A stretch of DNA of 64,000 bases from Octopus sinensis (lineage: Eukaryota), in NCBI RefSeq assembly GCF_006345805.1, contig NC_043008.1, forward strand, positions 13,144,001-13,208,000, given 5' to 3'. This document shows, piece by piece, positions 23,978 to 37,372 of the stretch. A program made the position numbers and the translations under genes. The notes beneath the pieces are model-generated. The model saw nothing but the letters and a program-made list of their open reading frames with translations. It was not told where the DNA came from and did not search any database. How positions within the stretch are numbered: position 1 is the stretch's first letter; each line of letters begins with the position of its first letter.

Positions 23978-25086
23978 ACATTCGAAAGTTGCCGTTCGAC
24001 CGACTACAAATGATATCATATATTTCCTTTGTAATGAAACGTGGTATCTTAAAGGGAGAAAGACGGCACATTAGTCCTATTTTGCCTTAAAATATAGGTG
24101 GGCTACAGCTGGTAACACAGCTGCAATATGTTTACCCGATCAACTTCGAAGGTCAACAACCGTACGAATCAGATGTATAAAGCAGTGTTTTTGTTTTCTT
24201 TTTTTCATAGGAGTCTTGCTTTCATTATTCTTTTACACCATGATCCCTTATATAAATGTGATGTTAACCGACGTTATAAATCAAATGTACATATGACCAT
24301 TTGTTTCTTTTTTTTTTCTTAATGCTGAAGTTCACAACCTAGGAAGCCATAAGCTCGTAACAACATACTCAACGACACCATTACCAAGCCGCAAACCTAC
24401 ACAACTCTGGGATCGCACATCTTGCTAGAAATTATAAACCAAATGGTTGGAAGCATCTAACAGTCTTTTTTAAAAATGTGTGCACGTATTTGATATCCCT
24501 TGATGGGATATTTACGACTGTCGACTTACTCATTAAAGGCCTCCTGGATAAAAAATTAAATTGAATTTATTCTATACGTCAATCGGTTTGTTGATTCTTC
24601 GAGAATAATAACTAAGCTTTCTTTAATTCACTACGTAGCATCACAGCAGGTTCATGAGACACTTGTCATGGCTTGAAGGCCATAATATTATCATTTGCTA
24701 CGATAATAGTGCAAGCATATTCTCTGTGAGTTCGTTTAGAACATATATCATGAAAAATATCGTTCGAAAATCAGTTTTTTATGTTCTTTTCGCTGATGTA
24801 CATCATGGATGCTGGCATGATATTCATCATGCTAAGGGGAAAGGAAATGCTTCGATAATTATGAAATGCAGACTTCGGCCAAACAGCGCGGAACCTCGGA
24901 AAAGTAGTGATCGTTGCCTTGTTAGCATCATTTGTAAAACGAATTCTTGCATAACCGTTGCAGGAATCGAACTCGTAATTCAGGGGACCAGATTTTCTGA
25001 TTATTAGATATTTTAACTTCACTTAAGATTTACTTTCAGGGAAAATATTTGGCAAAAATTTTTAATGATAAATCGGTTCATATATC

Positions 25087-25318
25087 TTTTTCTTTATTAC
25101 CCACAATGGGCTAAACATAGAGAGGACAAACAAGGACAGACATAGGTATTAAGTCGATTATATCGACCCCAGTGCGTAACTGGTACTTAATTTACTGACC
25201 CCTAAAGGATGAAAGGCAAAGTCGATCTCGGCGGAATTTGAACTCACAACGTAATGGCAGACGAAACACGGCTACGCATTTCGCCCGGCGTGCTAAAGTT
25301 TCTGCCAGCTCGCCGCCT
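25087..25318 (-). mobile_element. SINE family A, full length with 15 bp TSD
   Basis: TSD atcggttcatatatc at 25072-25086 and 25319-25333. Confidence 0.93.
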
Positions 25319-25977
25319 ATCGGTTCATATATCGAAAATGTAATTTCAGCCGATGAGAATCCTAATTCCCCTCAAAAGTTTTATTCGCTTTTCCGTAAAT
25401 CATCAGAAAATGGTTAAGTACAAACGTAGTATTATGCTTTTACCTATTAAAACATAACATCAAATTAACAATTATGATTTATTATAACCTTTTCAAGACG
25501 AAACAGCACCGACTCCTTGTCATGTTACAAAATTTAGCTGTCAAGATACTTACGCTAGAATTGATCGAAGCTGCACATTTGAGATGTTGTGCCAGCTCAT
25601 TCCATTGCAAACATGTTACGACTTCTATCAAATAATGGCATTACAATCCAAGTGCTACAAACAGTTCTAAATCTATTAAAAGATTTCTTCGAAAATACCA
25701 GAATATTATTGGAGTTCAAGTGAAAGAAGGATGCTCTTCTCATAGAACGTTTTCTGTTGGATACTAACGCAATGTGGCAGCATCTTGATACTAGAACAAA
25801 AAACGAAGAACGTGGTATGTGATGTCCAAGTATATGGATGGAAATCATATGTCTGTTAGAATTACACCTGTTTTATATATTTCATTTCAATTTTAAATTG
25901 AAATATTATAACAACTAAAACACAAATAAAGTATTTTTGGTATTTAAAAAAAACTATGAGGAATACTACACAAAATA

Positions 25978-26402
25978 GGCGCAGGAGTTAGCTTGCTAAC
26001 CAGCCACATGGTTCTGGGTTCAGTCCCACTGCGTGGTATCAGTCCCACTGCGTGGTATCTTGGGCAGGTGTCTTCTGCTATAGCCCCGGGCCAACAAATG
26101 CCTTGTGAGTGGATTTGGTAGACGGAAACTGAAAGAAGCCTGTCGTATATATGCATATATATATGTGTGTGTATGTGTGTGTGTGTTTGTGTATCTGTGT
26201 TTGTCCCCCTAGCATTGCTTGACAACCGATGCTGGTGTGTCTACGTCCCCGTCACATAGCGGTTCGGCAAAAAGAGACCGATAGAATAAGTACTGGGCTT
26301 ACAAAGAATAAGTCCCGGCGTCGATTTGCTCGACTAAAGGCGGTGCTCCAGCATGGCCGCAGTCAAATGACTGAAACAAGTAAAAGAGTAAAGAGTAAAG
26401 AG
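25978..26402 (+). mobile_element. SINE family B with internal 19 bp tandem duplication
   Basis: Matches the 19936 copy; agtcccactgcgtggtatc occurs twice at 26022-26059. Confidence 0.92.
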
Positions 26403-26630
26403 AAAATCTTTAGAGCTTCACTCATTATAGAAGTCAAATAAAATCCACTTTAGATATTCATCTGTAGTGGAAAGAAAAACATACGTAGACATAATTACAT
26501 GTTAAAATAACTATAGGAGAACTTGCTATAAGTTATGTAATTTAGTTTAATAAAAACGTGTGTATGTTTATCTATGTGTATGTGCAGGAGTGTATGTATC
26601 TGTATGCATATATGGAACTACGCATGTTTC

Positions 26631-26632
<2 letters not shown>

Positions 26633-26719
<87 letters not shown>

Positions 26720-26806
26720 AGTTTATATTATACATATATATGTATGTTTATATATATATATATTATATATATATATATAAGTTTATATATATACATATAT
26801 ATGTAT

Positions 26807-26848
<42 letters not shown>

Positions 26849-26884
26849 TATATATAAGTTTATATATATACATATATATGTATG

Positions 26885-26926
<42 letters not shown>

Positions 26927-27153
26927 TTATATATATATATAATATATATATATAAGTAATATAATATATATATATATATATATATAAATTACATATATAT
27001 ATATATACATACACATGCATATATATATATACACAAAAAAAAAAATATATATATATACATACATATATATATTACATATATATGTATATATATATATGCA
27101 TTATATATAATATAAATGCATATTATATATATGCATATATATATATATAAATA

Positions 27154-27195
<42 letters not shown>

Positions 27196-27365
27196 TATAT
27201 ATATATATATACTTATCTATATATATATACTTATCTATATATATATATATATATATATATACATACATATTTGTGTATACATGTACATATACATACATTC
27301 AGTAATATGCAGGCATGTTGGTATGCATAAGTGCGTGTATGTGTGTGTATGTGTGTGTGTGTGCA
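26633..27365. repeat. (CA)n/(TA)n/(TG)n microsatellite block
   Basis: Direct. Confidence 0.95.
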
Positions 27366-27813
27366 GGATTGCATGCATACATAGCAATATATAAGTTAAT
27401 CAATATCCAACGAGCTCAAATTTTTAAAATCTATTTCTTTTTAAATTTTTTGACTTTTACCATTTTCTTTTACTATTCCATACCTTACGTTCATGATTCG
27501 CCAGGTGAATGTATATTTAACAACGCTTAGGTAAATATTTAACCGTCTAGGTAAATATTTACAGAAAGACTATATTTAACTGAATATTTCACTGAATATG
27601 TTTCTGCAGCACCAACGGCTATAACTAAAATTACAGCAAATTTCAACATTATTACGTCAGTACAATGTTTTAAGTGGGTATTATTTCTAAACCAGACGTA
27701 ATTGAAATTCAAATTAATGAGACTGTCCACTGGAATTTGATTTAAACTTCGCAATGAACTCATTTCTTTCACTCTGATTTATTATTCCATTTGAATCATA
27801 ATATTTATTATAA

Positions 27814-28752
27814 AGGGGCGATGAGCTGGCAGAAACGTTAGTACGCCGGGCGAAATGCGTAGCTGTATTTCTTTGCCGTTACGTTCTGAGCTCAAATTCC
27901 GCCGAGGATTAAATAAGTACCAGTTACGCACTGGGGGCCGATATAATCGACTTAATCCGTTTGTCTGTCCTTGTTTGCCCTCTCTGTGTTTAACCCCTGG
28001 TAGGTAGTAAAGAAATAGGTATTTCGTCTGCCGCAACGTTCTGAGTTCAAATTCCGCCGATGTCGACTTTGCCATTCATCGTTTCAGGGTCGATTAAATA
28101 TGTACCAGTTACGCACTGGGGTCGATATAATCGACTTAATCCGTTTGTCTGTCCTTGTTTGTCCCCTCTGTGTTTAAACTCTTGTGGATAGTAAAGAAAT
28201 AGGTATTTCGTCTGTGTCGTTACGTTCTGGGTTTAAATTCCGCCCAGGTCGACTTTGCCATTCGTCGTTTCGGGGTCGATTAAATAAGTAACAGAAACGC
28301 ACTGGGGTCGATATAATTAACTTAATCTCTTTGTCTGTCCTTGTTTGTCCCCTCTATGTTCAGCCGCGCGCCCTGTGGGCAATAAAGAAAGAAATATTTA
28401 TTATAAGGGAGCGAGAGCTTTATAATAAGGAAGGTGAGGTGGCAGAGACGTTAGCACGCCGGGTGAAATGCTTAGTGGTATTTCGTTTATCGTTACTTTG
28501 TGAGTTCAAATTCCGCCGAGGTCGACTTTTTCTTTCATCATTTCGGGGGTCGATAAATTAAATACCAGTTATGCACTGGGATCGATGTAATCGACTTAAT
28601 ACCTATGCCTGTCCTTGTTTGTCCCCTCTATGTTTAGCCCCTTGTGGATAATAAAGAAACAGGTATTTCGGTTGTCTTTACGGTGTGAGTTCAAATTCCG
28701 GCGAGATCTAGTCAGCCTTTCATTTTTTTGGCACGATAAATTAAGTACCAGT
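27814..28752 (+). mobile_element. Tandem array of five SINE family A units (trimer plus dimer)
   Basis: Units start at about 27815, 28017, 28201, 28430 and 28661. Units 2, 3 and 5 lack the head and begin at aggtatttcg. Confidence 0.9.
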
Positions 28753-28968
28753 ATTTATTACAAGAAACTATTAACATTATTATTTTTCATTGCACCATGT
28801 TCCCAAATGAAGACTTATTGGGCTCTGACTAAGTAATGGGTCCTGTTGCATTCTCCGTCTTCTTACAGATATTTAGAATATTATATAATCTTCTAGCACT
28901 GCTTTTAGCAACCCAAAGAAAGTATAAATGCTACAATGAGTACACAGTTACGATAAAGTAACATAAAA

Positions 28969-29292
28969 AGGAGCAATCCGTCGGTTACGACGACGAGGGT
29001 CCCAGCTGATACGATCAACAGAACTGCCTGCTCGTGAAATAAACGTGCAAATGGCTGAGCACTCCACAGATACGTCTGCCCTTAACGTAGTCCTCAGGGA
29101 GATTCAGCGTGACACAGAGTGGAAGAAGGCTGGCCCTTTGAAATACAGGTACTACTCATTTTCGCCACCTGAGTGGACTGAAGCAACATGAAATAATGTG
29201 TCTTTCTCAAGGACACAATGCGTCGCCGAGAATTGAACTTACGACCTTACGATCATGAGCCGAATGCCCTAACAACTCAGTCACGCGCTTTC
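28969..29292 (-). mobile_element. SINE family C2
   Basis: ccgtcggttacgacgacgagggtcccagctgat...tttctcaaggacacaatgcgtcgccgagaattgaac; homologous to 39451-39773. Confidence 0.88.
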
Positions 29293-29302
29293 ACTTAAAT
29301 AT

Positions 29303-29689
29303 GGATGGAAGCACTCCGTCGGTTACGACGACGAGGGTTCCGGTTGATCCGATAAACGGAACAGCCTGCTCGTGAAATTAACGTGTAAGTGGCTGAGCAC
29401 TCCACAGACACGTGTACCCTTAACGTAGTTCTCGGGGATATATGCAGCGTGACACAGAGAGTGACAAGGCCGGCCCTTTGAAATACAGGTACAACAGAAA
29501 CAGGAAGTAAGAGTGAGAGAAAGTTGTGGTGAAAGAGTACAGCAGGGATCACCACCATCCCCTGCTGGAGCCTCGTTGAGCTTTAGGTGTTTTCGCTCAA
29601 TAAGCACTCACAACGCCCGTTCTGAGAATCGAAACCGCGATCCTACGACCGCTAGTCCGCTGCCCTAACCACTGGGCCATTGCGCCTCC
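29303..29689 (-). mobile_element. SINE family C, full length with 10 bp TSD
   Basis: tRNA-like head ggaggcgcaatggcccagtggttagggcagcgg...gtttcgattc; TSD acttaaatat at 29293-29302 and 29691-29700. Confidence 0.93.
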
Positions 29690-29799
29690 TACTTAAATAT
29701 AACACCTCCATCACAACTCATTACGAAGATCCAGGTAAAGTTGTATCGTTGTAAATGATGTAAATATCAAAACTACTTTCTATAGTATTCACGTGGTTG

Positions 29800-30914
29800 C
29801 TACACTTAAAATAACCTGCAGTGAAATAACTGAGAAAGAATTCGAAGTACAAGATTTTGAACAATTAAAGAGTCTAAATTGCATAGAAAACACAAGAGAA
29901 AGAGGAAGAGAGTGCAATTCGAAACCCGGAACCGGAGCCGACAACAAGTAGAAGTAAAACAGAAAGTTATGAGACGTGGAAGGGGAAGATAAATCAAAAG
30001 ATAACACACTTATGGAATAGAATGAAACCGACAGGACAGAATATAAGAAAAATGGTAATTTATAAGAAGAATTTAAAGATTGAAAAATAAATTGCAAAAG
30101 AAAAATATTTAACAAGAATAAAATTGGATGAAGATTTATTTCACAGCGATGAGAAAGCAGTATTATTAGAGAGAGAGAAACATCATTAAATCTGCGGAAA
30201 AACTGTTTGGTGCAGAAATGAAACATGATTGTGTTTCCAGTATGATTCATTACCGAACGTGTTATTGTTCGACGACTTGGTTATGTAGGATTGTATTAAA
30301 AGACAGAAGAAATTATGATTAATTAGAACAGTAAAACGGCAGGATCATGAATTCCTTCCCAGAGGACTCCTATAAATATATACCTGTGTGGTCCGGCCTG
30401 GAACCGGGTGCATGCTTCAATGAAGCAAGGATACTGGTCGGCCGGGGAACCTGAACGAGTCTAGAAAATGTGAAACATGTGACTTTTTGTGTGTTTTAAA
30501 AAAGAAAAAAAGAATCCTGAACATTGTGTTGTTTAATTAAGAGGTTTATTGCCTCATTGTGTTTTGGGGGAAAAGGGAAAAAAGAACATTGTTTTAGAGA
30601 AGCGAAAGTCGGCGGGCGCTTTTCGTCTTCTCCCATCATCATCATTTTTGCATCACCATCATTCATACCATTAATGTCCATGTCCAGCCCACAAAGCCTC
30701 CATCTGTGTGATGCCCTTGTGGCAAATTATATGAAATATAGAACAGTAAAATGGAACATCTTGCTTCGGGGAACAGGTAAGCCATTATTGCATTTTTCAT
30801 TCTTTTATTTATATTCATATTTCATACGATACGTTCAATGTACCCCATATTTTGTGTTGTCTGTCCTTGTGGCGTCCTATCTATTTTTTCAGGCTTTATG
30901 CCTATAATAAAGAA
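29800..30914 (+). mobile_element. Decayed retroelement-like segment ending in family A/D-type tails
   Basis: Purine-skewed, stop-riddled stretch followed by ccatctgtgtgatgcccttgtggcaaat (about 30700) and tgtccttgt...aataaagaaa (about 30860-30914). Confidence 0.35.
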
Positions 30915-31136
30915 ATTGCTTGGTTCGGTTGCTCTACATTCATAAGGGGCAAATACCCTGAAACTAGTCTGTAGATGCCAGACCAGCGAGGGGAAGCGGC
31001 TGACCTCTCCTGTTCGAAGTTTATAATGGACACAGGTTCGTGTGTCATATATCGAGCTAGAGGTGGTGGCCTCTTGGAGCTAATCAATGACAGTATTCGT
31101 CCTATTTTTTGGGACTACCATGTTAGATAACTATTA

Positions 31137-31178
<42 letters not shown>

Positions 31179-31196
31179 ATACATACACACACACAG

Positions 31197-31235
<39 letters not shown>

Positions 31236-31314
31236 CGTGTATGTATACATACACACACAGATATATATATGTGTGTGTGTGTGTGTGTATGTATATATAC
31301 ATACACACACACAC

Positions 31315-31345
<31 letters not shown>

Positions 31346-31595
31346 ACCATTGGAATCACCCAAGTACTTTGGTATGATGAGTTGCAATGGATCTTCAAAG
31401 AACACTTTTATTGCCGACTGTTACAGAGACGTAATATCTGGTGTTCATCCTAAATTTCCAATGCATATTACCTGTATATCATACCTTGTAGCAACGCTGA
31501 GTACATTGGTTGGTTAATGACCATATTGGTAGCGGAATGGACAATGATAATTTAACTGAAGTAGTTGTTCATCTGACTGCTCTCACGCGATATTG

Positions 31596-31656
31596 GAAGA
31601 GCGTATATTCGAAACGTTAAAGACTTCTACCGTTTTTATTGAGCATTAAATTAATA
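31596..31656 (+). mobile_element. PLE-type terminal repeat fragment (GAAGAGC...GAAACG), interrupted by a MITE
   Basis: gaagagcgtatattcgaaacgttaaagacttc...gagcattaaattaata aligns with 11974-12030. Confidence 0.55.
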
Positions 31657-31883
31657 TAGTAATCCCTTGCCATATCGCGGTTCACTTATCGCGGTTTATT
31701 ATTTAAGCCTACGTCGATTCCTCCGTGGTGCTGTTTTGCATTTATGATTTTAAAAATATATACAAATTATAAAATTTTTTTTTTAATATATACGGTACAG
31801 AACTGTTTCTACTTCGCAAAGTTTCACTTATCGCGGTTGGGGGGGGGTTGGAATGTAACACTGGCCATAGTCGAGAGATACTG
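31657..31883. mobile_element. pogo/Tigger-type (Tc1/mariner superfamily) MITE
   Basis: TA flanks (31655-56, 31884-85); ends tagtaatcccttgccatatcgc and ggccatagtcgagagatactg are imperfect TIRs of CAGTA type. Confidence 0.7.
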
Positions 31884-32618
31884 TAGACTCTGATTGATAT
31901 TATTTTGACCCCGCTTTGCGTATTCTTTATTGCATTAACTGACCATCATTAAAACATATATAAGAACACTGGTACATAAATACATAAATGTGTGAGTGTT
32001 TGTAGTTATATGTTTATATGACGAGAACAATTATTTTAATAGTTTTTATTTTTCTTAGCGCTATTTCAGATCTAATTATTATACTCTTACAGTATGCAAG
32101 AATAGCGTTCCTAAATTAATGTACTTCGAGGTTTTCAAAGTTGGTCTTTGCTTCTGTACTGAGTGAGATTTACGCAAAATTTGCCTCATATTGTACCACG
32201 CAATTATATGTGCATAAGTATACGAAGCTGGCGAATACGCACATACCTACACAACACTATAGGTAAAATCACTTGACTTTGATTAGTTTTTATAAACACT
32301 TCGACAAATTAAAAACTAGGTGATGAATTTCACAGGATAAAACAAATATTAATTAATAACGTATATTCCAAGACAATACTACACCAATCTACTGATGAAT
32401 ATACAAGAAGAACAGTGAAACAAATCATCAGACATTATATCTATTAAACATAAGCCTATTAGATAGAAAATCTATTATATAAATTACATGAATATAAAAT
32501 ACAGAATAGTTAAACAAAATAAAACGGACCGCAACATGAGTCACGCTGGCACTGATAACATTATATAACAATGCAATCAACCAATCCTTATCACACACAA
32601 ACATATATACACACATGT

Positions 32619-32983
32619 GGAGGCGCAATGGCCCGGTGGTTAGGGCAGCGGACTCGCGGTCATAGGATCACAGTTTCGATTCCCAGACCGGGCGTTGTGA
32701 GTGTTTATTGAGCGAAAACACCTAAAGCTCCACGAGGCTCCGGCAGGGGATGGTGGTGATCCCTGCTGTACTCTTTCACCACAACTTTCTCTCACTCTTT
32801 CTTCCTGTTTCTGTTGTACCTGTATTTCAAAGGGGTGTCACGCTGAATATCCCCGAGAACTGCGTTAAGGGTACACGTGTCTGTGGAGTGCTCAGCCACT
32901 TACACGTTAATTTCACGAGCAGGCTGTTCCGTTGATTCGGATCAACCGGAACCCTCATCGTCGTAACCGAAGGAGTGCTTCCC
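32619..32983 (+). mobile_element. SINE family C, full length
   Basis: A-box tggcccggtgg, B-box gtttcgattcc; near identical to 29303-29689. Confidence 0.93.
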
Positions 32984-32999
32984 AATACACACATACATA

Positions 33000-33200
33000 T
33001 CTATTATATAAAATCCTTTCAGTCTGTGTGTGTGTCGTCTAGGATCTCGGGCATCCTCCATCCGATTGCGCTCAAATTTGATATGTAGATACCGACGGTG
33101 TAAGGGCGTGTATAAGTCTTGCAAAAAATTACAAAACTCGTTTCCGGGCGAGAATGGGATGGATAAAGCTGTGGGAACGTGCACGTTTTTTCCAGCCAAG
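33000..33200 (+). mobile_element. Helitron-type 5' end
   Basis: a|TCTATTATATAAAA...tctgtgtgtgtgt...ccgattgcgctcaaatttg is a typical non-autonomous Helitron start. No 3' hairpin-CTAG was located. Confidence 0.6.
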
Positions 33201-34554
33201 CTTACTGTTTAAGCCATGTATATGTTCTCCCAGTCAACAGCCTTATCATTATTGGTACTTTAAACTCTTCGGTTGCATATTTGTGTGAATAAAATCGTTT
33301 TTTCTTTGGAATAGAAAAATAATTCTAACTTTAGTTCTTCTTTTGCTGGTGTCTCAAATTTAGGTTAAATCAGTGTTTCTCAAAGGGGAGGCCTATGGGA
33401 CGGTCGGACAAGTTGTTTTGAGAAAATTTGATTTAAATATTTGACAACTCAGCACCGTCCAATGGGGGCGTTTTGCTCGTGTATATATACGTATGTATAT
33501 ATTTAACAGAATTTTATTGAAGGATATCATTCTTTCAGTGTTCTGTACAGATGCCGCGGGAACAGTTAAAATAACAGAGGAATTGAACATAGATATAATT
33601 TTGTTTTTGAGGAAGCTCTCGCTTTGTAACGATCAAATGTTGCTCTTTCGGTAACGTTATTTAGTATTTAGTACACATCATCTTTTTTTTTTCTTTTTGA
33701 AGTTGTTTTCCCAGTCAGACCCCTGTTACTACGGAAGATAAAACTCTTATAGTGACATGGGCATCTACAGTTTGCTAAAGGTTAAACGGATGACATTTGC
33801 ACATTTGAGAATGAAGTGAAACTTTGCTTTGCATTTAATAATTACTTTTTGTACCACAACGAAACATCTATTGTAGTTGAATAACAATTCGTTGAATAAC
33901 AAAACGAATGTCTTAAAACTTAGGCCACATTCACTTTAATAAAGTATTCTACCAACGTTTCTGAAATAATAGTAAATCTAGGTATAAACAGTAGCTGCAC
34001 GACAATGTGAAGTATATTTGCCACTTAAATGTGGCTAACCGCTAAGGGTGGATGCTACTGTAGCTTGTAGCCCCAGGAGAACATCTTCTCCAGCTGGCTA
34101 TTGACACATGTTCTGTGCCCTATTTGCAAAGGGAAGCCATTCTTCCCACCGTGGATGGATGGATACATACGGACGTTGTGTTTGTAAACGTATTTATCTT
34201 AATTGTACAGCATGAAGCTAATTTATATAGGAGAAACTAACACTAGATAATTTAATTAGTTCTGTTGTTTTCACCGCTATCTCTGAACAGATTTCATTAC
34301 ATCAATATATTTTCAATTGAAAGGAAGTGACTTTTAAAAATGATTGTCTGTCTATTCTTAAATAACACTTTCTATCGTACATCTATATGAAAACAATTTA
34401 TTAAAAAATTCATATATACGTGCCTGGGAAAATTGTTTTGTCTTTTTATTTCTCTTTATCTATCTATCTGTCTGTCTGTCTGTCTGTTTATCTATCTATG
34501 TATGTATCTATCTATCCACCCATCTATCTCTCTATATATATCTATCTATTTATT

Positions 34555-34590
<36 letters not shown>

Positions 34591-35603
34591 TCTAAATATA
34601 TATCTATATATTTCTCCAGCTGTCTATCTGCCTGTCTCTCTATGTTTTTATCTCTACTCTTTTCTCTCTGCCATTTCCGCTCTCCATCACTATCTCACTC
34701 TTTCTCTTTATCTGTATATACGCACATGCATACGTTCATACATTCACAGACGCAGACACACCAAGATATGCACGCACATAATATATACATACATACGCAC
34801 ACACACACACACTCATATACATCTATTCGCTCACAGGCATGCATTCGCATATTGCTGATATTCAGATGCCCATTAGGGTTCGTGTTTGTAAACTACAAAG
34901 ATTCCAAATATATCTGATATATTTTCACAAAGCTCTTTAAATTATTCCATATTTTCAACTGATTCATGTTTTATGTAAATCCTTAGCTATTTCGTTATCA
35001 ACAAAACGTAACTAAACGCAAGCCTAATTTAAAACATCACTGCATCTTTTGATATAAATATATTTATTCATTTTCCTACATCGCCAGAATCTTTTTCAAA
35101 GCAGAAGCTATTGAGAAATCAAATGGAAATATCGTAAAAAGCAAAAATAAATTAAAATGTTGTTTATAAACGTGAAACCGAAACAGACCTTCAAAGGAAA
35201 GAGATGTGATAGAGCTACTGAGCTATATTTACTCTCATCATAGTTATGTACAATTAAAATAGGCACATAACAATGGCAACATCAATGATGAGAATTGCTA
35301 TTGTTATTAATAAGCGGGATGTCTAAATTTGGCACAATGTCAAATAATATATTTTATTTCTTGCAAGAAGGTTGGTCGTTTAAATCGATCCTAATATGTT
35401 GCTGTTGGTTTATTTTTGAAGATACAGAACGTGTGAGTAGGATGATAGAAGTAAACCCAAACATGTAGGATGTCAAGTAAACTCTAGATGCATAGAGATC
35501 TTTGATCTAGTAATTTAGAAAAGCAAGAAGTAAAATAGGAACAATTACAATGTATTGAATAACAGTCAGAATATACATTCCGATAGCAATATTTATAATA
35601 ATA

Positions 35604-35741
35604 ATGATGATGATAATGATTTCATCGATACTAATGCCGTTAAGACTTTTGCTCGACGCCTTAATAATAATATGATGATGATAATGATTTCATCGATACT
35701 AATGCCGTTAAGACTTTTGCTCGACGCCTTAATAATAATAA
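35604..35741. repeat. About 69 bp direct tandem duplication
   Basis: gatgatgataatgatttcatcgatactaatgccgttaagacttttgctcgacgccttaataataat occurs twice. Confidence 0.92.
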
Positions 35742-35850
35742 TGATAATAATAATAACAACCAAAATAATAACAATAATAACGTGGATGTAAGCAACAAAA
35801 TGAAAATGAAACCATTGATCATGTTGTGTCCATGTACAGTCCTCTTGCGT

Positions 35851-36045
35851 CTACAGGGTATCACAACAGGCAAGATAGAGCAGTACAGTACATTTCCGCT
35901 CTAATAGTCATTTACTACAACACTTGTCTGTGTTCGAACTGCCTTTGCACAGGGGCTATCTGGATTCCCGACTTCACCGTGAACCAGAATTAATCTCCCC
36001 TCTTTGCCCCTTTGAACCACATGTGCTATCTTCCCTATTCTCTTT
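35851..36045 (+). mobile_element. Penelope-like element GIY-YIG endonuclease C-terminal fragment
   Basis: From 35888: VHFRSNSHLLQHLSVFELPLHRGYLDSRLHREPELISPLCPFEPHVL, like the PLE pattern HF...HS..H.SV....R..REQ.LIF.L....P.GLN; pyrimidine-rich 3' flank. Confidence 0.65.
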
Positions 36046-37101
36046 ATGTGACTCCTCTCCTCTCTTCATCTGACACTTACTTACTCTCTTCATTTCCATC
36101 CACCTCTTCTCTCCCCTTCCTCTGACACCTACTTCCTCTCTTCACTCCTAACCACCTCCAATCCTTTTCCAGTAACATTCTGAATTCACTAAAACAAAAT
36201 ACCTTATTTAAAACGTGTTTTGTTGTTGTTCCTGTTTTCAGTAATGCTGCTTCTGTTGCTGTTGTGGTTATTGGTGTGGTTAAATTTGAACGCTTGAAAG
36301 TGAATATTTCATATACTTAGGATCAGAACTAGATTAGAATTATCTCGTGATTGATAATTGAAGTAAATCGCCAAAGATTATAACCCAATACAATAAATAA
36401 ATAGCTTATCTCATAAACTTCGATAACAATCCATATCAGCCATTTGGCACATCGAAGCTCCACATAAGCACAAACACCATACGCCTTTCGGAAAATCTTG
36501 ATTAGGACCTAGAACATTTTTATTACAAGGGTACAAACACTTCCTTGCAAAATATTAATAGATGAGCTATTTAAACAAACACCCATGAGATTTACCAGTT
36601 TTTGTAGGATGAAAGTTTCGGCTCCATTTCTATTTATTTCTAATCGTAAAACAATCAAAATGAATTCTCCAAGGAATTTTCCCCAACATTTCAAAAATTC
36701 TGCGACTCAACACCTCAGATAACCCAATTAAATGATTATCAAGCATAAAATAAATAAAAGTCTCTATTACTTTCGGTCCTATATCATAGTTAAGACACAT
36801 TTATGTAGATTGAATATTCCCCGTTTACAGATATTTTAGAACAATAACTATTAAAGAAAGATTTATGATGTATAATTAATTTAAAAACACAGAAAACTTG
36901 ATTTAAATACCTTTCTATGACAGAATATGTTTGGCTGGAGATTCGCCCATTCTAATGCGCTTCTTATAACACTCTTCTCATTACATATTCAGTAACTCGC
37001 GGAAATTTTAACGTCGACCATATCTAATAGTCAAATTGACAGAAATTCCATATAGATTTACACTCACCTGTTCACATATATACACACACATACGCACACA
37101 C

Positions 37102-37335
37102 AAGGCGGTGAGCTGACAGAACCGTTAGCACGCCGGGCGAAATGCTAAGCGGTATTTCGTCTGCCGTTACGTTGTGAGTTCAAATACCGCTGAGGTCGAC
37201 TTTGCCTTTCATTCTGTCAGGGTCGATAAATTAAGTACCAGTTACGCACTGGCGTCGATGTAATCGATTTAATCATTTTGTCTGTTCTTGTTTGTTCCCT
37301 CTATGTTTAGCCCCTTGTCTGTAATAAATAAATAA
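37102..37335 (+). mobile_element. SINE family A, full length
   Basis: aaggcggtgagctgacagaaccgttagcacgccgggcgaaatgc...tttagccccttgt. Confidence 0.92.
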
Positions 37336-37339
37336 ATAA

Positions 37340-37372
<33 letters not shown>

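Noticed and set aside
27814-28752. Repeat array as possible CRISPR
   Set aside because: Units are about 185-230 bp SINE copies with no unique spacers, in a eukaryotic context.
32619-32692. tRNA gene
   Set aside because: The tRNA-like head continues into a SINE body found in several copies; it is not a standalone tRNA.
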